64,000 nucleotides of DNA from Albugo candida (Eukaryota): assembly GCA_040437565.1 (NCBI GenBank), contig JBDOQK010000006.1:620001-684000 (forward strand), in the 5' to 3' direction. The position numbers and the translations under genes are program-made. Shown piece after piece: positions 12,091 through 22,208 of the stretch (positions are counted from its first letter, which is position 1; each line of letters starts with the position of its first letter). The notes beneath the pieces were generated by a model, which saw nothing but the letters and a program-made list of their open reading frames with translations, did no database searches and was not told the origin of the DNA.

Positions 12091-13436
12091 TGCAATAGGT
12101 CTGCATATCTTGTCGGATGTAGCGGCAAGAATGCTGCTCCAAAACAGGCGCTGAATGTGGCTGTTGGCTCCGAGATACCTCGTTCCGTACCTGCTACCTT
12201 TGCAGTGTATCCTGACAGAAAATGATACATGGCTTGTTCTTTGCCTAAACGAGATACCGGTGGCAACACTCCATAAGCATCACAAGTTAGAAAAATAATA
12301 TTGTTAGGGTGGCCGCCAGATGAGTTCGGATCATGATTGGGTATATGATAGATAGGATATGAAACTCGACCATTCTCAGTCAGTTCTGTATCAAAATAAT
12401 CCGGCTCCTTCGTTTGAGCATTGACGCAAACATTCTCGAGCAAAGCATTTTTTCGAATGGCACGGTATATTTCCGGTTCATTTTCAGGACTCAAATTGAT
12501 GGTTTTGGCGTAGCATCCTCCTTCAAAGTTGAACACTCCATCGTCATCCCATCCATGCTCATCGTCACCGATTAAATGACGAGATGGGTCAGCTGACAAA
12601 GTTGTCTTACCGGTTCCAGATAGACCAAAAAACAACGCAACATCACCATCAGCCCCTTTGTTGGCGGAACAATGCATCGACATGATCCCTTCGAGTGGTA
12701 GCCAGTAATTCATCATACTAAATATCCCTTTTTTCATTTCTCCACCGTAATAAGTTCCTCCAATTATCGCCAGTTGCTTCTCAATGTCAAAAGCGACATA
12801 CACGTCTGAGTTTAGCCCATCTTGCTTATAATTGGGATTATTGATGTGGCACGCATTGATAATGGTGAAATCTGGAGTAAAATTATCGATCTCTGATTTA
12901 TCACTTGGTCGGATGAACATGTTTGTTACGAAATGATGTTGCCAGGCTAATTCGGTGATGAATCGTACTTTTTTCCGAGAACGCGAAGTGGCTCCACAGT
13001 ATCCATCAAACACGTAGAATTTTGACAAGTCGTTAAAGTGACGAGTGACGTCCCCGTACAGTTTCTCAAATACCTCTGTTTTTATTTTTTGATTGATCTC
13101 TCCCCACCATATATTTTTGTTTGAAGGAGGTTGATCAACAATGTACTTGTCCTTGGGCGATCGCCCGGTATACTTTCCCGTATTTATTGCGAATGTACCA
13201 TTTTTGGTGATTTGGCATTCTTGATTGATCTTCTCTTCTTCCGCGATCTCATCATATGTCAAATTTCGATGAATTACAGCATCTGAGTTCGGATTGATTC
13301 CTAATTGTTCAAGTTTCAATGTACTGGCACAGCGAGATTGAGATCGATAGTGTAAGGATAAAAAGAAATATGTGCTCTTTTCCGAATGAATCCTACTGCA
13401 GTAATGCCTCAGATTTGTTGCGACTGACGAAAGCAT
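12091..13436 (-). CDS. pckA: Phosphoenolpyruvate carboxykinase (ATP); 3' end lost in the N gap at 11991-12090
   Basis: [46 protein letters not shown] (P-loop), [37 protein letters not shown]. Confidence 0.97.
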
Positions 13437-14974
13437 TCTTAAAGCGACTTAAGAACTGTAAATTCAGACTGATGCAAAGTGACCTTACAGCTTTGTTTTT
13501 CAACAACTTGAACTTGGATATCCCGTTTNNNNNNNNNNNNNNNNNNNNNNNNNNNNNNNNNNNNNNNNNNNNNNNNNNNNNNNNNNNNNNNNNNNNNNNN
13601 NNNNNNNNNNNNNNNNNNNNNNNNNNNNCTTTGTTTTTCAACAACTTGAACTTGGATATCCCGTTTATGGATTGGTTGAATAATCTGGTAGCTTAGCCAA
13701 TAAGGTGTGAGATGTTTGAGTGGGAAAAGAATGATGACGACGATATGTCATCATCGCGATGGCATATATACAAGGAACATCCAAATTATTATATCTATTC
13801 TTAAGCTCATTGTCGACCAATGTAGAATCCAGTATTCGTGTATCTCGTACTAACGAGTTCATAATCAACTTGTATAAAACAAAGCTCACAATTAGCAATT
13901 GCACACTTAACACAGATATGGCTTCTCTACATAAGCTCTATAGACGAGCATGATTATGTACTTTAGAACTCAAGAAGGACCGCGTTATTTATTTGATTNN
14001 NNNNNNNNNNNNNNNNNNNNNNNNNNNNNNNNNNNNNNNNNNNNNNNNNNNNNNNNNNNNNNNNNNNNNNNNNNNNNNNNNNNNNNNNNNNNNNNNNNTC
14101 ATCGCGATGGCATATATACAAGGAACATCCAAATTATTATATCTATTCTTAAGCTCATTGTCGACCAATGTAGAATCCAGTATTCGTGTATCTCGTACTA
14201 ACGAATTCAAAATCAACTTGTATAAAACAAAGCTCACAATTAACAATTGCACACTTAACACAGATATGGCTTCTCTACACAAGCTCTATAGACGAGCATG
14301 ATTATGTACTTTAGAACTCAAGAAGGACCGCGTTATTTATTTGATTGGCTTCAATATGTTCTATAAAGTATTTTACCATGAGCTTAAGCGGCTCGTGGAC
14401 CAAGCTGTCCAGGGAACTATATTGATGTTATCTTACCTCGTGTTGAGGCTGCCGAGCTGTACAAGAAGCCCATAACTTGCAACATAATAATCACTTTTGA
14501 TTCATGTTCGAATTAAAGAGGTAGTCAAGGCTCGAGGCGATTGGTAAGACCATACCTTCGTGTAGAACAAACATTACATCTTCCACAGTGTGTTATGAAC
14601 CCTGGCGTTATTTAAGCAGAGTTGTACACAATGGCAAGACACATCCTCGAATGAAACTGCTTGATCGCCTTGACCGATTTGAAGTCTCGAATCTTTGCGT
14701 TTTCAGAGCAGTAATTCAACATTTATTCTCCCTTCCCGTCAATGTTATACACATGATCTCTGATGGGCACTTGCGAGGCATTCTCAGCCTTCATGCATAC
14801 GTGTAGTATTGACCACTTGGTCTCCACCTTTTTCCCGGTCGCATGTGCAAACGCAGTTTGATTGAACGTGCGATACTGAAAGAGCCGCTCGAATGTATGG
14901 CAACTATACGGATACTTTGCCTTGCCGCTCTTCGTAATTGTAACGTGGTCCACGTAAGCGACCTGATCGTGGCA

Positions 14975-16145
14975 ATGGCGACCCAAGAGCCATGGACAAT
15001 AAGCAAAATTCTATCGACTAACGACTTTGACATCGACAGCATACTGTAATAATCAAACAGTGCTTAACCTTCTTTTTTTACTCATTACACTTTTTCGATT
15101 CAGGCGAATTCTCAGAGTTGCAGATGAAATGAAAGAAATTGTGACAAAGCAGGGAAGCTGTCAATTACTGAAAGGAAGAGTAAACAATATCGAAATCATG
15201 ATTGAATTGCATCATTATAGCTCTACTTGCCGCTTAGATACTTGCAAGCGTATTTTTTGAGCCTTCGACGAGAACAAATTGCTCCTTCCAGGCTGCAATG
15301 TTACGCCTTGGCGGAACGGTGATACCCGTAAACGAAAGCACATCCAGCGCTCAAAAAGGCGAAATGTTAGCAGACACAATGCGATGTCTCGAATGCTATG
15401 CTGACGTCATTGTCTTACGGCATCCTGCTCGAGGGAGCGCTGCTATTGCTGCTAATGCAATCTCAAAACCACTTATTAATGCAGGAGATGGAATTGGGGA
15501 ACATCCAACTCAAGCACTTTTAGATCTGTTTACAATTTATAACGAGCTCGGAACTACCGATCTGACCGGAAAGATCGTCACTATGGTGGGAGATCTAAAA
15601 AATGGTCGCACAGTACACTCATTGGCAAAGCTTTTGGCTTTATTCAAAGTCAAGATCTATTACATATCGCCAGGTGCGCTTTGAATTAGTTACTAGATAA
15701 ATTGTGTTGACATCTTTGTTGTATTGCAACAGACACACTCAAGATGCCCACTGAGATTATACAGAGCCTGAATGATTGTGGGATTGAGCAACATGAAAGC
15801 AATGATCTAGAGCCTGTCATGGGTATTACCGATGTGCTATACGTCACACGTATTCAGAAAGTAAGTGTTTTCTCTATAGATTTTGTGTGAGATTTGAAAA
15901 TCGCAACAACGTAGGAGAGATTCACTTCTGCGCACGAGTACGAAGCTGTCAAAAATGATTTTCGTATCACACTGTCGACACTTGATGATGCAAAAGCTTC
16001 ACTCTTGATCATGCACCCATTGCCTCGTGTTGGTGAAATAGCCGAAGAGGTTGATCAAGATCCTCGTGCAGCGTATTTCAGACAAATGAAGAATGGAATG
16101 TATGTACGAATGGCGCTTCTTGCTCTTGTTCTCGGTGCCGCGTGA
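14975..16145 (+). CDS. pyrB: Aspartate carbamoyltransferase, stand-alone catalytic chain (multi-exon)
   Basis: Spliced reading gives MATQEPW...FFEPSTRT...KGE...DT...VLRHP...[17 protein letters not shown]...[13 protein letters not shown]...[13 protein letters not shown]...IMHPLPR...[16 protein letters not shown], with short GT-AG introns. Bases 16247-16615 repeat the last exons across a gap. Confidence 0.95.
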
Positions 16146-16896
16146 CNNNNNNNNNNNNNNNNNNNNNNNNNNNNNNNNNNNNNNNNNNNNNNNNNNNNNN
16201 NNNNNNNNNNNNNNNNNNNNNNNNNNNNNNNNNNNNNNNNNNNNNNTGTGGGATTGAGCAACATGAAAGCAATGATCTAGAGCCTGTCATGGGTATTACC
16301 GATGTGCTATACGTCACACGTATTCAGAAAGTAAGTGTTTTCTCTATAGATTTTGTGTGAGATTTGAAAATCGCAACAACGTAGGAGAGATTCACTTCTG
16401 CGCACGAGTACGAAGCTGTCAAAAATGATTTTCGTATCACACTGTCGACACTTGATGATGCAAAAGCTTCACTCTTGATCATGCACCCATTGCCTCGTGT
16501 TGGTGAAATAGCCGAAGAGGTTGATCAAGATCCTCGTGCAGCGTATTTCAGACAAATGAAGAATGGAATGTATGTACGAATGGCGCTTCTTGCTCTTGTT
16601 CTCGGTGCCGCGTGACCATCGTCAAGCAATCATCACGATCGCTCATGCTTGCTTGGTGTCATGAGCTTTTGGATACCGCTTATGAATCATACAATAAAGG
16701 ATTCCGCACTCTACTAATTCTTTGACTGAACTCACTTTACAAAACACATAAACGATAAGGTCTCGCGTCGCATTAGCGTCCAAGAGTTGAGATCATTTTG
16801 TCGGGACGCCCTCCGCTAAATTTACCATGGATCAACAGCGTTGTGAGGAACAGATAATGTGACAGACTAGTCTCTTGAATGGTACGATAAATAATC

Positions 16897-19800
16897 ATGA
16901 AGCAAGGAATGCTTGAAAGAAGTACTCTAGTGCTGTCAAGGTCCATGCAGCAAAAACATCAAAGTGGCACAAATGCCATAAATGATAGCGATACTGCTTC
17001 CAAGAAGAGATGTAACACGGACAAGAAGATGACCCTGTATGTAAAGTCCTTGGCGAAGAGAAAGAAGGAATCAAATGTCAAAAACTCACTTTCTCCGATT
17101 GCACAGCATTTGCCTCAAGATCCAGAAATTATCGGGAGGATTGTTGAAGAAGTACTATGTGAATACAGGAAGAGCCGTACAACCGCTTTCAGCACTGCGA
17201 ATGAAAACTACGGAGTGGAAAAAAGTATACGAACGGAAGTCTCAGGCACGAATTCGTACTCGTCATTTATGAATAAGGGACTTTCTTATCGAACTGAGAC
17301 GCACGTTCCGCATCACTACTGTGAACAAACAGTATCCGATGCGAACTGGTCTGCGCGTACGGATGAGAAAATACTCGATCGAAAAAAGCCCAATTCAAAG
17401 AGATTTTCGTCCTCAAAGAATGTTTACCAAGTTTCCATGCGCCACGAGCGAATACAAATGACTTTAGAGGACGTCAATGCGTCAAATGTTTATGCCACAG
17501 CATTGAATGATTCAAAATCGGGTAGGAAAGGAGTGGTGACCAAGAAACATCGCAAGCTTGCAGAGATACAGACGATTGCACGATTACGACAGAAACGTGC
17601 CGAAAATGAACTTTATCAAACTATGGATGGGATCAGGCGCTGGATCCCTTTTCACGCTAGGATGCAGTATTCTCAACAAGAGTTTACTCTACTGCAATGC
17701 CGGAATACAACAAAAGTGGTCACTCTGGTATTGAACAAGCTACGTCACCGACATATCGCGGAAGCATTTCACAGATGGAACATTTTTCTGCTAAGTATGA
17801 GAGAGGAAGAGCAGCGCGCAGCTGCGCTTTTGCTTCATGGCTGGACAAGATGTGTGCTCGCTAAGGCTGAATTACGAAGACTACAATGGGGAAGCAAGCG
17901 GTCTCATCTTCGAACAAATATGCTTAATGGTATTAAAATGTCGAAAAAAATCAAGTCCGCTCGCATTATCACTAGTAATTTGGCAAAGTATGTGTATCGA
18001 GTACGCCATCATCGCCATCAACGAAGATCAGAAGCCGCACAGAGACTACAAGGATTCATAAGGAAGTACAGGTCGCAGAGCGGGCCAAAAATTATCGATT
18101 TGATCAAAAAGAAGGAAAACGAAGCGCTCCCAGCTATCTGTATCTCGATAAACAAAGCTTCCCATAAATCGCCCGTATTGCAGCAGAAACTTGATCGAGT
18201 GGATTTACGCCTGAAAGAAAAAATCGATCAGTGTGAAGGCTATAGGCTAGGATTTCTCCATGTTGGTGCCGCATTACGTTTGCAGCATATTGTCCGAAAT
18301 TTGCACTCCAAGAAATCTCATGGTCGCAGTTTCAGACATAATGATGGGATCATACGCGAGGAGAAGATCGTCAAGCTTCAAGCTCTCGTACGCGGAAGTT
18401 TAGCTCGGTCACATGTGCGTATCTACCGACTTCGTGCTCAAAACGCAACCGAGATCTTACAACGAGCGGGCCACTTCTGGGTTGCTCGTATTCGGGTACT
18501 CCGAATACGAAATGAGAGAAAACGAGACCGTGATTTGCGCCGACAGAACTGGTCCAACTGTACGAACAAAAGTGGCGTGAGAACAAAGAACAGAGTACCC
18601 TTTCACTCGATCCTTTCGTACTTGTCTAAAAGCTCCCACAAATTTGCCGTAAAAATTCAGGCAAGGTGGAGAGGCTATTGGACTAGGAAGAAGATTTGTC
18701 GTCTACGAGCTCGTAACCGTGAGATGCATCGTCGTAAATTCATCAGAAAGCAAAAAAAGGCAGTAATCAAGATACAAAAACACGTTCGTGGATTGCAAGG
18801 TCGACATCAGATATGGTACACAATTATGTGCAACAGCGCTAAATGTATACAGCTTAGGTGGCGTCGATTTCTTGGGCGTAAAAAAATCCGGGCTTTCAGA
18901 CGCATTCAGTGTGCGTTTCGTCGATTCCGTACTCGAAAGATGAATCGAAAATCCAATGACTTGGCTCGAAAAACTGTCATATCGGGCCGCCGAATTATGA
19001 AATTCATGCAATGTTGCGCTCATAAACGAGCAGTGCAGCGCCACATTTCAGTCCAGCAGCGTCTTGGAGAGATGCACACTTTGGGTCATGTGCAATTCAA
19101 AAGCCTTCCCCATTTTGTTGGCGATGAGCTGTTGATCCACAGCTTTACTTGTGGTCTCTACGATACATCTGACTTGGCACTCAGTGATTCCGGAAGGACA
19201 AATGCTCATACACCATTGATGGATCGTGAACAGCTCACCACTCGACTTGGTTTTGAGAACGATAAGTTTGCAAACTCAAGCGCTCAACGTTCTTTATTGG
19301 ACTGTGTTAGACAGAAATCCCCAGTCGAAGCAGATAAAATCAAATCAAAGTATCGCTGGGTAAGAAAATCTTACTTTGGAATTTGGCAACAGCTCTTTGT
19401 ATTCATATGCGGCTATGAGGGGACAGGTGTTCCAAAATGTGAGATGTCACGCGCCGTAAATTTCTTGAAGGCTTTGTCAAAAGGATTCATCGATAAAGAA
19501 ACTTTTCCAGTTCAGCGAGTCGAAGCTTTCTTTTGTGAAATGTGCGACCGTCAAACAATGACAATGGATTATAATCAGTTTGCAAATTTCATAAAGGCTG
19601 TTTTGAAACAAAGATTCGCCGATGATGATGATGAAAAGAAATTGTTCTTGAGGTTCATGCATGAGTACGTGCTTCCTTCGCCTTTGGAATATGGTCGTTA
19701 TAGGAAGGCATTTAAAGCAATGATTCGTGAAAGAATCTTATGGGCCCATGGCGTGCTCAGAGAATTCACGAACAATGTTATCAGAAGAAAAAAGCTGGCA

Positions 19801-22047
19801 GAATTAAAAAAGCGTATTTCTAAGCAGCGTGAAGCTGCGATGTTGCAAACTAAAGCACGGATGATACAAAAATGGTTTCGAAATCGACAGTTTAAAGCTG
19901 AAATGAAAGCAAAGTGGCCAGCTATGTTTGTACATTATGTCGATCAAGAAAAGAACAGCGATCGGTGGAGACATATTGCAACTGGGACTGAATTGATGAG
20001 TATTCCACTCGTTCTGCACGGTCAAGCATGCCGTCGAGTCATTCCAAAACCATTACGCGCCGACGAATTCCATCCAATGTGTACCCGACACGAAGGTAGA
20101 AAGGAGATCAAAAATACTATCGCTGCTCAAGTATACTGTCTCCAATGCGAAGATGTTATGTGCAAGGCGTGCTTTCGTCGTGATCATGCAACTCGGATCG
20201 CGTTTAGACATCATCAACCAAAAATGCTGAAGCTGTGTTGCAATTGTCGTGATCAGATCGCAACACGAAAATGCTTAGGATGTGCCAACGGAAAAGCACC
20301 ATACTGTGATACATGCTTCTACTTTCTTCATTCAGCAGTCAACTTAGCTCAGAAAGCTCCAGAACAAGCACTTGATACCAAACAAAAACACGATTTCCGA
20401 CCATATGTAATCATGTGTGTCGAGTGTGGCGAACGCACAGGGCAGTGGAAATGCACTGTTTGTGATGATCTATACTGTAAGCGATGTCTAAATGCCTCCC
20501 ACAGCAAAGCGTACCGTGTGGATCATACATTCTTCCAGGTAGGATATGTAGCAGTCATTGCTTCACAGAATTTAGCAAAGCGCAAGAGCCAAGTGGAAAA
20601 GAGGAAATTGATGTATCAGAAACAGGTTTGTGAAGCTCACGAAGCTACAAAGTGTATGGAGCGCAGACGAAAGGTGGCGGCAACTTGTATTCAGGCTGCT
20701 ATCCGAAGCTTCTTAACGAGAAAAAGAGCAAAGTCGTACCGACGTCTAATTCATCGGACAGCCGCTGCAAAGAAAAATCGAATGAGTGATGAACGAATTC
20801 GAATGTCTTTGATTTACAAAATCCGCTATACTTTTGGACTTGCACCATTATTGAGATCTGACACTCAAAAAGAGCGTGAAACGCAGCGAAAACGCCTCAA
20901 TAGACTATACAGAATGTTCCTTCCTCGCGCATATCCACGACTTCAAGTTGAATCCGATCCATTGGGTACATTGAGTACAGAACAAGAGAATCGCATTCGT
21001 AGCACTATTTCGACTTGGTGTGTCTATGGTGAACAGGTAACAATACTCGAGGGACCATGGAGAGGAGAAAGCGGTACTATCGTCTCGACCCGAAATCTAC
21101 TCTCTACGGGGAACATTGTAGTATTTATAAGCATTCTTAATCACTGTGTCGTATGTGACTGGGCGCAGCTGAAGCCACATCGATTTGACGAAGAGCTTCT
21201 TCGTCAACCATTCACTTCAGCCTTATCTCGGTTTCTGGGATTAGCAAGTGAATCTCATCAACGATTAAGACAAAAAGTTGCAACCCACATCCGACGTACC
21301 AAACTCCTGTACCTACAAACGGTCGAGTACGCTGATATCGGTCAATATGCATGGGTATCCGTCATTAATTCTCGTGAAAGACGTGAAGAGTTCTGGAATG
21401 TTGTAACAAATAACCGAAGTCTTTCGCAGCCTGCTTCGATGGAAAAACTTAAGCGGATGGAAGTTTGGCAACGGAATATGATTGAGCTTCGTGTACAGGT
21501 CGCCAGGGCGCGAATTGAGTTTCTCCTTGATTCGACTGCCAAACAAGAAAAGTACGCACTCAAGAAGAGGAGAAATGCTGTCATCACAGATCCTCTCGTT
21601 TTGAAGGAGCTTTACACATCACTGACATCAATCGAAATGGAAAGATCGAGTACGCAATTAGTAAAATTGCTCAGCATCGAAGCAGAGGCAATTGCGTGTG
21701 CTCGATTTTGGAAACAACGTGTTGTAGAGAACGAAATGTGCGGAAACGTAACGAGGATCAAAAAATTTGAAGAACTTTGCGTGGGAAATTCTATCCTGTG
21801 TTGGACACTCGTTCGCTTATGGCGTCATCTCGACGCACAGGATACAGTAGAGTTTGAAACATTGGCCACCAGATTCTTCAACATATCTCCGCGATTTCAG
21901 CTGTACATTATTCAGGCAATGACGAACGACTTGGCTCAAGGATACTTCACGAGCGCAAGAGAGTCTTTTCTCATTCTCTTGAAAATGGAAAAGGAAACAT
22001 TACAGCTTCTGATAGATGGAGCGGCTTCGGCTCCCGCTGTAAAATAG
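16897..22047 (+). CDS. Large IQ-motif (calmodulin-binding) and B-box zinc-finger protein, 1716 aa, single exon
   Basis: Many IQ motifs (KLQALVRGSLAR, KIQARWRGYWTRK, KIQKHVRGLQGR, CIQLRWRRFLGRK, CIQAAIRSFLTRK). Three tandem B-box-like Cys/His units (CLQCEDVMCKACFRRDH, CLGC...YCDTCFYFLH, CTVCDDLYCKRCLNASH). A KOW-like VTILEGPWRGESGTIV motif. Confidence 0.85.
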   Translation: MKQGMLERSTLVLSRSMQQKHQSGTNAINDSDTASKKRCNTDKKMTLYVKSLAKRKKESNVKNSLSPIAQHLPQDPEIIGRIVEEVLCEYRKSRTTAFSTANENYGVEKSIRTEVSGTNSYSSFMNKGLSYRTETHVPHHYCEQTVSDANWSARTDEKILDRKKPNSKRFSSSKNVYQVSMRHERIQMTLEDVNASNVYATALNDSKSGRKGVVTKKHRKLAEIQTIARLRQKRAENELYQTMDGIRRWIPFHARMQYSQQEFTLLQCRNTTKVVTLVLNKLRHRHIAEAFHRWNIFLLSMREEEQRAAALLLHGWTRCVLAKAELRRLQWGSKRSHLRTNMLNGIKMSKKIKSARIITSNLAKYVYRVRHHRHQRRSEAAQRLQGFIRKYRSQSGPKIIDLIKKKENEALPAICISINKASHKSPVLQQKLDRVDLRLKEKIDQCEGYRLGFLHVGAALRLQHIVRNLHSKKSHGRSFRHNDGIIREEKIVKLQALVRGSLARSHVRIYRLRAQNATEILQRAGHFWVARIRVLRIRNERKRDRDLRRQNWSNCTNKSGVRTKNRVPFHSILSYLSKSSHKFAVKIQARWRGYWTRKKICRLRARNREMHRRKFIRKQKKAVIKIQKHVRGLQGRHQIWYTIMCNSAKCIQLRWRRFLGRKKIRAFRRIQCAFRRFRTRKMNRKSNDLARKTVISGRRIMKFMQCCAHKRAVQRHISVQQRLGEMHTLGHVQFKSLPHFVGDELLIHSFTCGLYDTSDLALSDSGRTNAHTPLMDREQLTTRLGFENDKFANSSAQRSLLDCVRQKSPVEADKIKSKYRWVRKSYFGIWQQLFVFICGYEGTGVPKCEMSRAVNFLKALSKGFIDKETFPVQRVEAFFCEMCDRQTMTMDYNQFANFIKAVLKQRFADDDDEKKLFLRFMHEYVLPSPLEYGRYRKAFKAMIRERILWAHGVLREFTNNVIRRKKLAELKKRISKQREAAMLQTKARMIQKWFRNRQFKAEMKAKWPAMFVHYVDQEKNSDRWRHIATGTELMSIPLVLHGQACRRVIPKPLRADEFHPMCTRHEGRKEIKNTIAAQVYCLQCEDVMCKACFRRDHATRIAFRHHQPKMLKLCCNCRDQIATRKCLGCANGKAPYCDTCFYFLHSAVNLAQKAPEQALDTKQKHDFRPYVIMCVECGERTGQWKCTVCDDLYCKRCLNASHSKAYRVDHTFFQVGYVAVIASQNLAKRKSQVEKRKLMYQKQVCEAHEATKCMERRRKVAATCIQAAIRSFLTRKRAKSYRRLIHRTAAAKKNRMSDERIRMSLIYKIRYTFGLAPLLRSDTQKERETQRKRLNRLYRMFLPRAYPRLQVESDPLGTLSTEQENRIRSTISTWCVYGEQVTILEGPWRGESGTIVSTRNLLSTGNIVVFISILNHCVVCDWAQLKPHRFDEELLRQPFTSALSRFLGLASESHQRLRQKVATHIRRTKLLYLQTVEYADIGQYAWVSVINSRERREEFWNVVTNNRSLSQPASMEKLKRMEVWQRNMIELRVQVARARIEFLLDSTAKQEKYALKKRRNAVITDPLVLKELYTSLTSIEMERSSTQLVKLLSIEAEAIACARFWKQRVVENEMCGNVTRIKKFEELCVGNSILCWTLVRLWRHLDAQDTVEFETLATRFFNISPRFQLYIIQAMTNDLAQGYFTSARESFLILLKMEKETLQLLIDGAASAPAVK

Positions 22048-22208
22048 ATCATATGAATTGGTCAAGTATCGCGGGTAAGTCTCACCCCTCCACTTCCTGC
22101 CTGAATATCGAATGTGCGATTAGCATGCCTTTTTTCTAACCAAATACGTCGCGCCATCATAAGACTCATCACTGTATTATAATGGATTATCATGCAGCTG
22201 ATTCATTC

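Noticed and set aside
12091..16145. Bacterial contamination or recent HGT for PEPCK and the stand-alone ATCase
   Set aside because: The ATCase has spliceosomal introns and both genes sit among eukaryotic genes of similar composition; origin cannot be judged without a phylogeny.
15777..16615. Second copy of the ATCase 3' exons
   Set aside because: Exact repeat flanking the gap at 16147-16246; artefact.
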